From Candidatus Latescibacterota bacterium (GTDB lineage: Bacteria; Latescibacterota; UBA2968; UBA8231): 64,000 nucleotides of DNA. The stretch spans positions 1,952,001 through 2,016,000 of the forward strand of contig CBDETY010000003.1 in NCBI GenBank assembly GCA_965243025.1. Reading direction: 5' to 3'. Position 1 is the stretch's first letter; every line of letters starts with the position of its first letter. Of the stretch, positions 18,613-29,057 are shown piece after piece. The notes under the pieces are model-generated. The model did not search any database. It had not been told where the DNA came from and saw only the letters and a list, made by a program, of their open reading frames with translations. The position numbers and the translations under genes are program-made.

Positions 18613-19782
18613 TTAACGCAACCCACTAATTTGCTTTGCTATTTCTTCCCAATCTACATTCCGGGTCAGATGGCACCACGACAGGCGGACCGCCCCTTCG
18701 ATGGCTGCGTCCGGCAGTTTCATCGCCCGAAGGACATGGCTTGGCTCGTAGGTTTGGGACGTGCAAGCTGATCCATTCGAAATGGCCGCAATGTCTTTCA
18801 GCGCAACCATAAGGGCTTCCGAATCAATTCCCTCCACAGAAAAGTTCAAGACATGGGGCAACGTTTGCCTGGGATCACCATGTAGGCGGATTCCCAGAGG
18901 GTTCAACGCATTTAAAGCTTGCTCCCGGAGCTCAAGACAACGAACTCGCCGGTTTTCGTGATTTTTCAGGGCCATTTCGGCCGCCAGACCAAACCCCACA
19001 ATCAAGGGAACAGGTAATGTGCCCGGTCGTAGCCCCCGTTCCTGACCCCCGCCGTAGGCTAAAGGCGCCATCGGTGGACGCCTGAACCCGCGCCTACGTG
19101 CGATCAACGCACCGATTCCAAGGGGCCCGTAGACTTTGTGCGAACTCACGCTGATGAGGTCGATTCTGGGGTATTGGAGCGGCAGCAGCTCCTTGCCGAA
19201 TCCCTGAGCTGCATCGACATGAAAAAACGCTTCGTAGCCCGAAAGGGAATCTGCGATTGCACCAATCGGCTGTCTCACCCCGGTTTCATTGTTTACCTGC
19301 ATTACCGAGACGAGGAGCGTGTCTGGCCTCAGTGAGGCAACGATTTCCTCGACCGCTACGGCACCCGAGGTCTGCGGCTCGATTAAGGTGACCGAGAATC
19401 CCCGCCTTTCCAGTACTTCAAGTGGCTCGAGAACGGCCTTGTGCTCGATCGCAGTCGAGACGACGTGCCGACGCCCTTCTGCTTCTCCCCAAGCAGCGAG
19501 TCCGAGAATGGCAAGGTTGTTACTTTCTGTGGCGCCGCTCGTGAAGACAACCTCGTCGGACTTACTTCCCACGGACGAGGCGATTTTCTCACGGGCCTGC
19601 TGCACTGCGTGCTTCGCCCGAGTTCCGTATTCGTGGGTTCGACTGCCGGCATTGCCGATCTCCTCCGTCAACCAATAGGAAACAGCCTCGAGAACCGCTG
19701 GTTCAAGTGGGGATGTCGCATTGCAGTCCAGATATACAGGCCCAGCGCGATGTTCGGATCTATATACGAACGTCCGTTTCAT
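18613..19782 (-). CDS. dndA: Cysteine desulfurase DndA (IscS-like)
   Basis: YLDCNATSP, FTSGATESNN, HVDAAQ, SSHKVYGP (PLP lysine) and SNGSACTS (catalytic Cys). Divergent from dndB. Alternative TTG start at 19791. Confidence 0.93.
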   Translation of the reverse strand: MKRTFVYRSEHRAGPVYLDCNATSPLEPAVLEAVSYWLTEEIGNAGSRTHEYGTRAKHAVQQAREKIASSVGSKSDEVVFTSGATESNNLAILGLAAWGEAEGRRHVVSTAIEHKAVLEPLEVLERRGFSVTLIEPQTSGAVAVEEIVASLRPDTLLVSVMQVNNETGVRQPIGAIADSLSGYEAFFHVDAAQGFGKELLPLQYPRIDLISVSSHKVYGPLGIGALIARRRGFRRPPMAPLAYGGGQERGLRPGTLPVPLIVGFGLAAEMALKNHENRRVRCLELREQALNALNPLGIRLHGDPRQTLPHVLNFSVEGIDSEALMVALKDIAAISNGSACTSQTYEPSHVLRAMKLPDAAIEGAVRLSWCHLTRNVDWEEIAKQISGLR

Positions 19783-19784
19783 TA

Positions 19785-19843
19785 TTGACAAACATTCTCG
19801 AAATGGTTAGTATTAGTATACGCACAACCTTGGCGCTTGGGAA
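19785..19843. promoter_or_regulatory. Overlapping sigma70 promoters for dndBCDE (+) and dndA (-)
   Basis: Plus strand: TTGACA (19785-90), 17 nt, TAGTAT (19808-13). Minus strand: TTCCCA (19843-38), 17 nt, TATACT (19820-15). Confidence 0.7.
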
Positions 19844-19849
19844 GAAAAA

Positions 19850-20956
19850 ATGACTACCGGCTTCGAATACGTGTTCCCTGCCATTCGGGGCATCCAGGCC
19901 CAGCGGGAGTACTACGTTTCCATGTGTCCAATGCGTCTGCTCCCCAAGCTTTTTCTTTTTGACGAAGAAGAACTCGTTCCAGAACTTCGAGCCCAGCGCC
20001 ATCTGAACAAAGCTCGTCTCCCGGAGTTGTCCCGGTACATCACTGAAAATGCTGACAATTATGTCTTTTCCGCCATCACCGTCTCCGTCGATGGCGAGGT
20101 CACCTTCGACCAGATCGTCGACGAAGGCGGCAGTAGCCGCATTGGTACACTTCGCATTCCCATGTCCGCTCGATTCATTATCAATGATGGCCAGCACCGC
20201 AGGGCGGCGATCGATTTGGCCCTCCGGAAGAAACCCGAACTAGGAGATGAAAGCATCGCGGTGGTTTTCTTTCTTGATCAAGGCCTTGAACGGTGCCAGC
20301 AGATGTTCGCGGATCTCAACCGCTATGCGATTCGCCCGTCGAGGTCGCTCAGCATCCTTTATGACTACCGTGATCAGACTGCACGGCTGACAAAAGCGTT
20401 GATTGCCGAATCGTCCGTGTTTCGGGACGTCGTTGAGTTCGAGAAAACGAGCCTGTCAAAGCGATCAGGACGTTTGTTCACACTCAGTGCTATCTATCAT
20501 GCGACCCAAACGTTGATCAGCGAAGTGGAAGAAACCGATCCCCAGGAGACAGCCGGCTTGGCCCTGAAGTTCTGGGAGACCGTCGCAGAGAATTTGAGTG
20601 AGTGGGAGGATTTCCGAACCGGTGAACTTGCCGCTGGTGAACTGCGGAAAGATTACATACACACCCACAGTGTGGTTTTGCAAGCCTTGGCGCACACTGG
20701 TAAAACCTTGATCGCACGGCATCCCCATCAGTGGCAAAAGAAACTGGCCAAGATAAACAAAATCGACTGGAGACGGTCCAATAGTAATTTGTGGGAAGGC
20801 CGAGCCATGATTGGTGGTCAAATTTCAAAAGCCTACAAGAATGTCGTTCTGACCGCAAATGCAATCAAGATGCACCTTGATCTTGAACTGACTGAGGACG
20901 AACAACAAGCCGAAATCGCCTTTAATCGGGGAATGAATGGAAAAAAACAAGGGTAG
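19850..20956 (+). CDS. dndB: DNA sulfur modification protein DndB (DGQHR domain regulator)
   Basis: FPAIRGIQAQREYY, RAQRHLN, INDGQHR and QQMFADLNRYA. Confidence 0.95.
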   Translation: MTTGFEYVFPAIRGIQAQREYYVSMCPMRLLPKLFLFDEEELVPELRAQRHLNKARLPELSRYITENADNYVFSAITVSVDGEVTFDQIVDEGGSSRIGTLRIPMSARFIINDGQHRRAAIDLALRKKPELGDESIAVVFFLDQGLERCQQMFADLNRYAIRPSRSLSILYDYRDQTARLTKALIAESSVFRDVVEFEKTSLSKRSGRLFTLSAIYHATQTLISEVEETDPQETAGLALKFWETVAENLSEWEDFRTGELAAGELRKDYIHTHSVVLQALAHTGKTLIARHPHQWQKKLAKINKIDWRRSNSNLWEGRAMIGGQISKAYKNVVLTANAIKMHLDLELTEDEQQAEIAFNRGMNGKKQG

Positions 20957-22466
20957 GAAAAAGCAAGTCTCGGCCTTCGAGCAAGGAGGCTTAAAGGCCT
21001 CAGTTGCTTCCGCCATTCGGAAAGTGGCAGCACTTTACGAGAGTGATGAAACACCGTGGGTAATTGGGTATAGCGGCGGAAAGGATTCAACCGCTGTCCT
21101 CCAACTCGTCTGGCTCTCACTTGTGGAAATACCGCTTGAGAAACGCACCAAGCCCGTCTTTGTGATTAGCACGGACACGCTGGTTGAGAACCCGATTGTC
21201 GCACTCTGGGTCTCAAACTCGCTGGAGCGGATGGATGGCGAAGCGAAAAAACAGAATATCCCATTGACAGCTCACCGCTTGACACCTGCTACTGAGAATA
21301 CGTTCTGGGTCAATCTCATTGGTCGAGGCTACCCTGCACCACGTCCAAAGTTTCGGTGGTGTACCGAGCGCCTCAAAATAATGCCATCGACCGAGTTCAT
21401 TAGTTCGGTTGTGCAAAAACACGGCGAAGCCATTCTGGTCTTGGGAACGCGTAAAGCAGAAAGCCGCGCACGTGCGCGGGTTATGGAACGCTTTGAAAAA
21501 AAGCGCGTGCGCGACGCACTCAGTCCTAACGGAAGCCTCCCAAACTCCTATGTATATACGCCAATTGAGAACTGGACAAATGACGATGTTTGGTTGTTCC
21601 TCATGCAAATCCGGAATCCTTGGGGTTACAATAACAAAGATCTCCTGACGATGTACCAAGGAGCCTCTGCGGATGGTGAGTGCCCGCTGGTTGTCGACAC
21701 GAGCACCCCGAGTTGCGGGGACAGCCGTTTCGGGTGCTGGGTTTGCACCCTTGTGGAAAAGGACAAGTCAATGCAGGCAATGATCCAGAACGACCAAGAA
21801 AAGGAGTGGATGCTGCCGCTACTAGGGCTGCGCAACGAACTTGATCCGCCAAAGTCACGGCAGGCCGACCGCCCACTGCGGGACTTCCGGCGCATGAGCG
21901 GAGCAGTTCAGCTTTTTCATGATCGCCCCATCCCTGGACCCTATAAGCAGCACGTTCGCGAAAATTGGCTGCGGAAAGTTTTGGAGGCGCAGCAGCATGT
22001 CCGCGAGAACGGTCCGGAGGAGGTTCGCGAAATTGAACTGATTACCCTCGACGAGCTTGAAGAAATCCGGCGAATCTGGGTTGTCGATAAGCACGAGTTA
22101 GAAGACAGTCTTCCCTCGGTTTACCGTGAATCGACCGGACAGCCATATCCCGGCAGCCGGATCGATGACAATCCTATCGTTGGGTCCGGTGATATGAATC
22201 TACTTCGCGAGATATGCGAAAAAGACGATCTCCACTACCAACTCACGCGGGAGCTTCTTTCGATCGAAAAAAAACATAAGTCGATGCTACGGCGGGCAGG
22301 GATTTTTGATGTGATTGAGAGTGCCTTTCGCCGACATTTCTACGATGACGAGGACGATGCTCTTGAACGTGCACGCCAAAGGGAGGGAACACTAGAGGCA
22401 GCGCGAACTCGCGTTTTTGCACAAACATCGAGCAACATCCAAGAATCTCTATTTGACGAGCCGTAG
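20937..22466 (+). CDS. dndC: DNA phosphorothioation sulfurtransferase DndC (PAPS reductase family, Fe-S)
   Basis: GYSGGKDS, DTLVENP, RWCTERLKI and ECPLVVD...SCGDSRFGCWVCT. Confidence 0.96.
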   Translation: MEKNKGRKKQVSAFEQGGLKASVASAIRKVAALYESDETPWVIGYSGGKDSTAVLQLVWLSLVEIPLEKRTKPVFVISTDTLVENPIVALWVSNSLERMDGEAKKQNIPLTAHRLTPATENTFWVNLIGRGYPAPRPKFRWCTERLKIMPSTEFISSVVQKHGEAILVLGTRKAESRARARVMERFEKKRVRDALSPNGSLPNSYVYTPIENWTNDDVWLFLMQIRNPWGYNNKDLLTMYQGASADGECPLVVDTSTPSCGDSRFGCWVCTLVEKDKSMQAMIQNDQEKEWMLPLLGLRNELDPPKSRQADRPLRDFRRMSGAVQLFHDRPIPGPYKQHVRENWLRKVLEAQQHVRENGPEEVREIELITLDELEEIRRIWVVDKHELEDSLPSVYRESTGQPYPGSRIDDNPIVGSGDMNLLREICEKDDLHYQLTRELLSIEKKHKSMLRRAGIFDVIESAFRRHFYDDEDDALERARQREGTLEAARTRVFAQTSSNIQESLFDEP

Positions 22467-22480
22467 TCAGAGCCTAATAA

Positions 22481-24472
22481 ATGATATTGGATGAAATCAC
22501 GCTCTATAACTTCGGTCTGTACTCAGATCGGCAGACCATTTCGCTTACTCCGGCTTCAGCTAGCAAACCGGTAGTCCTGCTCGGGGGATTGAACGGTGGC
22601 GGGAAGACGACCTTTCTGGACGCGCTTCACCTCTGTTTGTTTGGGCCCCACGCAAAGATCTCCAATCGTGGGTCGCTTTCCTACGGAGAATACCTGAGCC
22701 GTTCCATCCATCGCGGAGTGAAAACACTCGAGGCCGCGATTGAGATTACGTTTCGTCATACAAGCGAAGGTCAAGAAGACAGCTACAACCTGGAACGATC
22801 CTGGTACGTCTTTAACGGTAATTGTAGAGAGGTTTTCAAAGTTAGGAAGAATGGAGTCGCAGATTCAGCTCTTTCCGAAAATTGGGCAACACAGGTTGAG
22901 GATTTTGTCCCACCGAACATAGCCCACTTGTTCTTATTCGATGGTGAACAAATTGAAGGCTATGCCTCGGACGAAAAATCCTCCGAATTGATTGGTGCAG
23001 CGATACAGAACCTGCTTGGACTGGATATGGTCGATCAATTGGAGAAAGATCTTCTCGTTTTCGAGAGACGGAAACGATCTGATAAGAAAAATGATGTGGC
23101 CCTGGCGGAGATAAAAGGCGCAGAAATTGATTTGCTCGACCTTCGAAGACGAGCAGATGAACTGACCCAAGAGCGTGCTTCTCTGCAAACGCATGGGATC
23201 GACCGCGTGGAACGTGAGCTGGAAAAAGTAGAAGATAAATATCGCAAGCTTGGGGGCGATCTTTTCGATCAGCGTTTGAAATTGGAACGGTGTTTGTGTG
23301 AGGCCGAGACGGCTGTTTTTCAGAGCGAGAATGCGCTACGGGAGGCAGCTGCTGGTTTATTGCCGTTGATGATGGTCGAGGCCCTTATTGAATCCGCTCA
23401 CACAAGAGACCGACATGAGGAAGATTGTCGGCGCGCGCGAGAAGTGGTCGATGTGCTGCAGGCACGTGATCGTGCAGCACTGAAAAAACTTCGGTCTCAA
23501 TCTCTGTCCGAAGACGTTCTTGAAACGATGAGGCAGTTTTTCAAAGCCGACCGTTCAGACCGCAGGGCACTAGGGAAGAAAGAAACCCTCCTTGGTCTTT
23601 CCCCCGAGATACGGACCGATTTTCACAACTTGATGCGCGGAGACCTTGGGAAGGCGTTGGCCAATGCCAGCCAGGAACTTAAGCGGCATAAGGAACACGA
23701 AGCCCGAGCCGAGGCTGCTCGAGCGGAATTCGAGAGCATCCCGAGCGCTGATACGATTAGCGAGGTCGCCAGAGAACGCAACGAGCTGAAAGGGGAGCTT
23801 GGAACGCTCAAGGCACAACATGCTGCTTTGTCCAGAGAGATTGATCGGTTGTACAGAGAAATAGATCGGAAAGGCCAAGCCCTTACCCGCCTGCACGAGG
23901 CAGAAGCCAAAGCGATGAATGATCGAGATGACCGGACCCGCACTCTGCGGCACGCTGCGAAAGTTCGCGGAACACTCAAGGCGTATCGCAAAGCGGTTGT
24001 CGAACGCCATGTACGCCGCATTGAGCAGCTCGTTCTCGAAAGCTACAAGCAACTCCTCCGAAAAGCTACCCTTGTGACCCGACTGTCCATCGACCCTCAA
24101 CAGTTCTCGATCACATTATTCGGCGGCGAAGGACGGATTCTCACCACGGAGCGTCTGTCGGCCGGTGAACGGCAACTTCTTGGTATTGCCCTGCTCTGGG
24201 GGCTTGCAAAAGCATCGGGCCGGCCCTTGCCGACTGCCATTGATACGCCGTTGGGAAGGTTGGACGCTGGGCACAGGATGCATCTCGTCGAGCGCTACCT
24301 GCCCTTCGCCAGTCACCAAGTCTTGCTGCTGTCTACCGACGAGGAAATCGCGGGCGATTACCTCGACCGGCTTAAGCCGTGGATTGGGAAGACCTATTTC
24401 CTTGATTATGACGACCATACGGAAAAAACTCGAATTGTTCCTGGGTATTTCCAAGAAATGGAGGCAGCGTAA
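22481..24472 (+). CDS. dndD: DNA sulfur modification ATPase DndD
   Basis: GLNGGGKTT, LFLFDGEQI, coiled coil, LSAGERQ, IDTPLGRLD and ASHQVLLLSTDEEI. Confidence 0.96.
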   Translation: MILDEITLYNFGLYSDRQTISLTPASASKPVVLLGGLNGGGKTTFLDALHLCLFGPHAKISNRGSLSYGEYLSRSIHRGVKTLEAAIEITFRHTSEGQEDSYNLERSWYVFNGNCREVFKVRKNGVADSALSENWATQVEDFVPPNIAHLFLFDGEQIEGYASDEKSSELIGAAIQNLLGLDMVDQLEKDLLVFERRKRSDKKNDVALAEIKGAEIDLLDLRRRADELTQERASLQTHGIDRVERELEKVEDKYRKLGGDLFDQRLKLERCLCEAETAVFQSENALREAAAGLLPLMMVEALIESAHTRDRHEEDCRRAREVVDVLQARDRAALKKLRSQSLSEDVLETMRQFFKADRSDRRALGKKETLLGLSPEIRTDFHNLMRGDLGKALANASQELKRHKEHEARAEAARAEFESIPSADTISEVARERNELKGELGTLKAQHAALSREIDRLYREIDRKGQALTRLHEAEAKAMNDRDDRTRTLRHAAKVRGTLKAYRKAVVERHVRRIEQLVLESYKQLLRKATLVTRLSIDPQQFSITLFGGEGRILTTERLSAGERQLLGIALLWGLAKASGRPLPTAIDTPLGRLDAGHRMHLVERYLPFASHQVLLLSTDEEIAGDYLDRLKPWIGKTYFLDYDDHTEKTRIVPGYFQEMEAA

Positions 24473-24855
24473 TGGTTGTTGACCACATCAGACTGTCCCA
24501 GCAGGCCAAGGATCAGCTTGTCAAGCTCAAACGGGTCACCGGAATTGAACACTGGAATGTGCTATGCCGCTGGGCATTGTGCGTCTCGTTCGCCGAGCCG
24601 AGTTTCCCTCCTTCCTCAAAGATTCCTGCGGACAGCAATGTAGAGATGAGCTGGAAAGTATTTGGGGGTCGGTACGCCGGTCTCTATATGGCACTTTTGA
24701 AAGAGCGCTGTGTGCGCGACGGTCTTGGCACGGATAGCGATACCCTATCTCAACAATTCCGGCTGCATCTCCACCGTGGCATTTCCTACCTCGCAGGAAA
24801 CAGGAATATACGTAGTATCACGGACCTTATTGCGCTTCCAGTTGCTCAAGAATAG
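24472..24855 (+). CDS. dndE: DNA sulfur modification protein DndE
   Basis: IRLSQQAKDQLVKLKRVTGIEHWNVLCRWALCVS...EMSWKVFGG...FRLHLHRGISYL. TAATG overlap with dndD. Confidence 0.95.
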   Translation: MVVDHIRLSQQAKDQLVKLKRVTGIEHWNVLCRWALCVSFAEPSFPPSSKIPADSNVEMSWKVFGGRYAGLYMALLKERCVRDGLGTDSDTLSQQFRLHLHRGISYLAGNRNIRSITDLIALPVAQE

Positions 24856-25506
24856 ATATCGTCTTCGTTTGCCGCGATACGGGGCTGGCCCTCCTTGGGT
24901 GGGTTCCCGTCCAGCGATGAACTTGCCCCCCAACTACTGTTCTGTAATGCGACAGAACGATTGGTCCGACGCAAATAGGCGCACCTGAAACGCTCGCTCA
25001 ACCTCGCTCAACGAAAATGGATATCTCCGTAAAGTAGGGAAAGGGGGATCTCAGGGGACCCCCAGGAACAAGAAGAAAAGGGCAGCAAATCAACTACTAA
25101 TGGATTTACCTAAATTCTGCTGTCCGGTTGTCCAAAGACTGGGTTCACCTGACGTATTTGCCGGGGCAGCTCGCTGGTTTTTTGATCGCTTGCCCTGCAC
25201 GAATCCTCTGGCGATCAGGATCTCCTCCTCATCGGCGAGGCCCTTGCCGTCGAGGAATTCGGCCAGGAGGTCGTTATCCCTCAGTGGCACAGCGACCCGC
25301 CATTCCTGAAATCTCCCGGATAACACCGCGACTGGCGTCCTTCGAAGCGTAGCCTCCGGCGTCCTCTCGATTTTCCCCAGACAGTCGTTTCCCCCGACTC
25401 GACCTGAACAGATGGCGGAATCGCAGGGACTTCGTTTTCGCCGATTGCTGGGGGACTGCCTTCCCCTGCAAGGCCGACCTTTCCCTACTGCCAGGCCAGC
25501 CTTTTT

Positions 25507-25643
25507 CGGAATACTCTAGAGGCACATGCAACGGGGAAGCCGGCAGGATCCGCTGCCGCTTCCCAGTCCTTCTGTCGGTGACACGCCGACAGAATCACCT
25601 TCCCACTGAAACCGAAAGGACTGCCATGGGAGCGTGAATCACA
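25507..25643 (+). repeat. Copy A of a ~135-nt structured leader element (copy B at 31888-32025)
   Basis: Near-identical to 31888-32025. Hairpins GGGAAG-C-CGGCAG/CTGCCG-CTTCCC and TTCTGTCGG/CCGACAGAA. Patchy homology continues upstream (CGTCCTCTCGATT, TTCCTGAAATCTCCC, GACTGCC). Confidence 0.85.
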
Positions 25644-25802
25644 CTATTTGTTGAGGGCAGGCCCTTGGCCGGGGGGTTCTGGTGGAGCCTGATACAGTTG
25701 CCCGAAAAGTTGCTCGAACCGCTGGACCTGCTGCGGAACCCAGTGGTCCGCCTAACCGAGCGTCAAGGGGGGCAAAAGGGTAAGCTTGATTAAGAAACAT
25801 AG

Positions 25803-28800
25803 TCACGCCATGAGGCCGTCAGCCCCGCGAAACCGCTGAACCGCCATTTCGAACGGCAGGGCATCTTCCCAGATTGCGCGACCGATTCGGAAGCGTGCCT
25901 CGCCCTCCGTGATTTCGAGTTCAATCTCGCCTCGCGGTTTGCGGGCAGTGTCCGCCGCTTCTTGAAGGGACTCGTAGTCCGACACTGCCGTCTGGAGGTG
26001 CGCCCCGATTCCGAATACGACCCGGAGCCCCTCGCGGATCATCTCGCTGGTTGGGGCGTCGTCATTTAGGGGAACCACGCACAGCGCGAAGCGGTCGCCG
26101 AGGGAGCACGCCTGCTTCGCCTGGACGGGCGTCATCTTCACTATGTCTCCTTTCGTGCTTTTGACTTCAATGAACGTGGAGCCGGGGGTGCCCTCCAGTT
26201 CGAGCCAGATCTCCTCATCGTTCTCGACGAAGTCGCTCTCCACCTCGAAGTCGGACCCTATCCCCGTGCGGCGCACGGTCAGTCCACAGCCTTCTAACTC
26301 CTGCTGCAGGAGTTGTTCGACCCGACGGCCGATCTCCTGGTTCCGCCGGACCTTCTGCCGGTCCTTCTTCTGTTCCTCGATCGAGTCTATGATCTCCGGA
26401 TGCTCGCAGATCTCGGTCGCCAATTGGCGGAGGCGGTCGACATCGCCAGCCACCTCCGCTAGGTCATGCATTGACCGGATCAACATCAGCCGTTGGTCTT
26501 CGTCGACGGCCACGGCCCGAAGCGCGAGGTCTGAGGGCCTGATCCCCAAGGCGTCCAGGAGTTCCTTACCCCGGGCACGGGACAGGAGTTCCTGCGTTTC
26601 CGGCGAATCCGCGAGGAGCTCTGCCAGCGATTCAGCGGATGCCGTCTCAGCGCGACCGCTGCTTGCATCGATCGGCACCCACCTCCGGTGGCGGAGCGGC
26701 GTGAGCCAAGCTGCACGGTAGGTCTTGTGGCAGTCGCCGCATTCGCAGTCGACGCCGAATTTATGGAAAGCTCTCTCGTCCGACTCTGCCACGTACTCGA
26801 TTAGGAACCGGACGAATTCCTTGGCACGCCTCCTGCTCTTTCGCGCCGTGTCGATCAATCCGATGTCGGATTCCTGAAGACACGCCACGTCTGATACCTC
26901 GACCTCGAGCGTCGACTTGTGGATGCCCTCAGGCGGCTCGTCGGGCAGGAATGCCTCAACCACTCGCTTTGTCTCGATCAACGGGGAGGCGTTCAAGTAG
27001 CCGCTCGCCACCAGCCTATCCCACACCTCGGGTTCGGTTTGGTCGACGAAGGCTTCCGCAAGTACTTTGCCCTTGGGGAACAGTGAACCGAACCGCCGTG
27101 CGCCTTCGGGCCAGATCGCAAGCGGCGCCAAGGGCTTTTCGGGTGCATCGCGTCCCCGTTCGAGACACAGCACGGCGAGGACGTCATCGCCCTCTCCGGC
27201 CGTCGGCACGGGGTAGCCCTCCAGAAGTTCAAGGTAGTCCGGGTGGACGGCAATCCAGTTAAACAGCCTGACAGCCGCCGGAGCCAGGAGCACCTTGATC
27301 GTTCCGTCCCGGCACTCCTCCTTCACGTGCGCCAGGAGTTTATCGAGCACCTCCCGTTCTTGCCTCGGCTCAAGGAGTTGGGTCAATACGTCCATCTCTG
27401 CCTGCCTGTCAAGCAGTTCGTTGCGAAACTCCAGGCCGAATGCCTCCGCGATGTCCTTGAGCTCGTCGGAGATCCCCTGGTCGCGAAAGAGGCCCTTGCG
27501 GGTTCGCAGGCCACCGGCTTGGGTAGGAAGTAACTTGTGCTTGTCGAGGATTCCTGTTTTTCCTGAGTCACAGACAAGTTCGAAAAAGGACAGGAGCCAG
27601 GACAGGCTTTCCCTGCTCGTCAGTAGCTGTTGCAGACCCTCCACGCTCTCTGCGTCGCTGACCAACTGTGCGACCTTTTCTATTGTTAAGGCCTCGTCCA
27701 TTTCCTCCCGCGGTTTGTCCAAGAGCTTTGCCCAGTTGGTGAGGTTTTTCGACCAGGAGTCCAGTTCCTCGCAGCAGGGAAGCCGCTGCTGGGCCTCGCT
27801 CCACAAGGACATGAGAGTCCAGAGCTCGGTTGAATGGGCTGGGTCTTCGGTCGTCGGCACCCACGACGCTTGCGGCTGTATCCAGTCCCCACCCAGAGTC
27901 GGCATCAGCGGCGTTGCCCGGGCTTTTCGGACCAGTTGAGTTAAGAGGCCGCGAAAAAAAGCATCTCCGTCAACCCAGTCCGGATGATGCGCGGTGTCGA
28001 AACCCAGCACTTGGTGGGCCTTGGTCCACTTCCTCTGGGCACACCAATCCAGGATCTGCTCTTGGTGCCGAACTGATTCCAGTAGCAATTGCTTGTTCTT
28101 ACGCACCCCTTCGGAATCTCCGGTCAAGAAGATACCGTTGCGGTCTTCGTGGGGCTTGAACCGTTTGCTGTTCACCGTAGCCGGAAGCCCCAGACCTTCG
28201 CTGCCTATCAGCGGGAAAACCACGAATAGTTTCGCAGTTGTCTCGTACCCCTGATCGATCTGAAGTCCGGATTCGCTTGGACGGAGCTGGAGTGCTGCGC
28301 AACATTCGCCTTCCCCTTCCGCGACTGCCACGTAGCGGGCCAAGTCCTCACCTGCCTCTGCGTACTGAATCAATAGCTCGCCGTCCGCACTCCGGTTGCC
28401 GCGTGTAAGGCTCCACCTTGCGTCGGAGGTCCCGACATGGATACTCGTAATCTCCGGACAGAAAGCCAGGACTAGCGGTCCGCACCGGCGAAGCTCCTCC
28501 AACCCCGCTTCGGCCAGCCCGCGCCCTGGTGGCGTGAATTGGTAGGCAAACGAGGTGTTCGGGCCCGCCCCCGGCTGCGCAGGTTTGACCGACTGCACGA
28601 ACGAGTCCCATGACCGATTCATTGCACAACCCAACTCTTCAACGGTCCTCCCAGTACGATCCAGCAGGAAGGTAAATGCTTTCAAGTCGTCGAGCCGCCC
28701 CGCAACTCGGATTTTCCGGGACAGGAGGTGCGTGGTCAGGAATCCCGACCCGAACTGACCGATGTATTGGTCGTCCTGAAACTTGGTCGAGCCATGGTAC

Positions 28801-29057
28801 ACGAGATGCGCTATCTCATCGGACGTAAATGGCTTGCCGTCGTGCGCGAACCGGAACTCCTTCGCCGAAACGCGCATCTCGATGCGGACACCTTTGCCCC
28901 TTGCCACATCCCGGGCGTTTTGAAGCAATTCCCAGATCCAGCGTGCGCTCAGAAGAGTTCGGTTGTTCTCGATTCGCTCAAGGTGCTTGAACACGGTTTG
29001 CCCAATGGTTTCCGCAACGACGCGGTCCTTGGCATCGTTCAGTTCTTTTTCGGTCAC
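25803..29057 (-). CDS. Sacsin-like GHKL/HATPase with C-terminal DUF3883 (NO VEIN-type PD-(D/E)XK nuclease)
   Basis: WELLQNARD, FAHDGKPF and GQFGSGFLTTHLLS (GHKL N/G boxes). C-terminal EIGRRVE...GIGSDFEV...FIEVKST. 1084 aa. Confidence 0.85.
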   Translation of the reverse strand: MTEKELNDAKDRVVAETIGQTVFKHLERIENNRTLLSARWIWELLQNARDVARGKGVRIEMRVSAKEFRFAHDGKPFTSDEIAHLVYHGSTKFQDDQYIGQFGSGFLTTHLLSRKIRVAGRLDDLKAFTFLLDRTGRTVEELGCAMNRSWDSFVQSVKPAQPGAGPNTSFAYQFTPPGRGLAEAGLEELRRCGPLVLAFCPEITSIHVGTSDARWSLTRGNRSADGELLIQYAEAGEDLARYVAVAEGEGECCAALQLRPSESGLQIDQGYETTAKLFVVFPLIGSEGLGLPATVNSKRFKPHEDRNGIFLTGDSEGVRKNKQLLLESVRHQEQILDWCAQRKWTKAHQVLGFDTAHHPDWVDGDAFFRGLLTQLVRKARATPLMPTLGGDWIQPQASWVPTTEDPAHSTELWTLMSLWSEAQQRLPCCEELDSWSKNLTNWAKLLDKPREEMDEALTIEKVAQLVSDAESVEGLQQLLTSRESLSWLLSFFELVCDSGKTGILDKHKLLPTQAGGLRTRKGLFRDQGISDELKDIAEAFGLEFRNELLDRQAEMDVLTQLLEPRQEREVLDKLLAHVKEECRDGTIKVLLAPAAVRLFNWIAVHPDYLELLEGYPVPTAGEGDDVLAVLCLERGRDAPEKPLAPLAIWPEGARRFGSLFPKGKVLAEAFVDQTEPEVWDRLVASGYLNASPLIETKRVVEAFLPDEPPEGIHKSTLEVEVSDVACLQESDIGLIDTARKSRRRAKEFVRFLIEYVAESDERAFHKFGVDCECGDCHKTYRAAWLTPLRHRRWVPIDASSGRAETASAESLAELLADSPETQELLSRARGKELLDALGIRPSDLALRAVAVDEDQRLMLIRSMHDLAEVAGDVDRLRQLATEICEHPEIIDSIEEQKKDRQKVRRNQEIGRRVEQLLQQELEGCGLTVRRTGIGSDFEVESDFVENDEEIWLELEGTPGSTFIEVKSTKGDIVKMTPVQAKQACSLGDRFALCVVPLNDDAPTSEMIREGLRVVFGIGAHLQTAVSDYESLQEAADTARKPRGEIELEITEGEARFRIGRAIWEDALPFEMAVQRFRGADGLMA

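Noticed and set aside
24993-25012. Tandem CTCGCTCAAC x2
   Set aside because: Only two units, with no supporting context.
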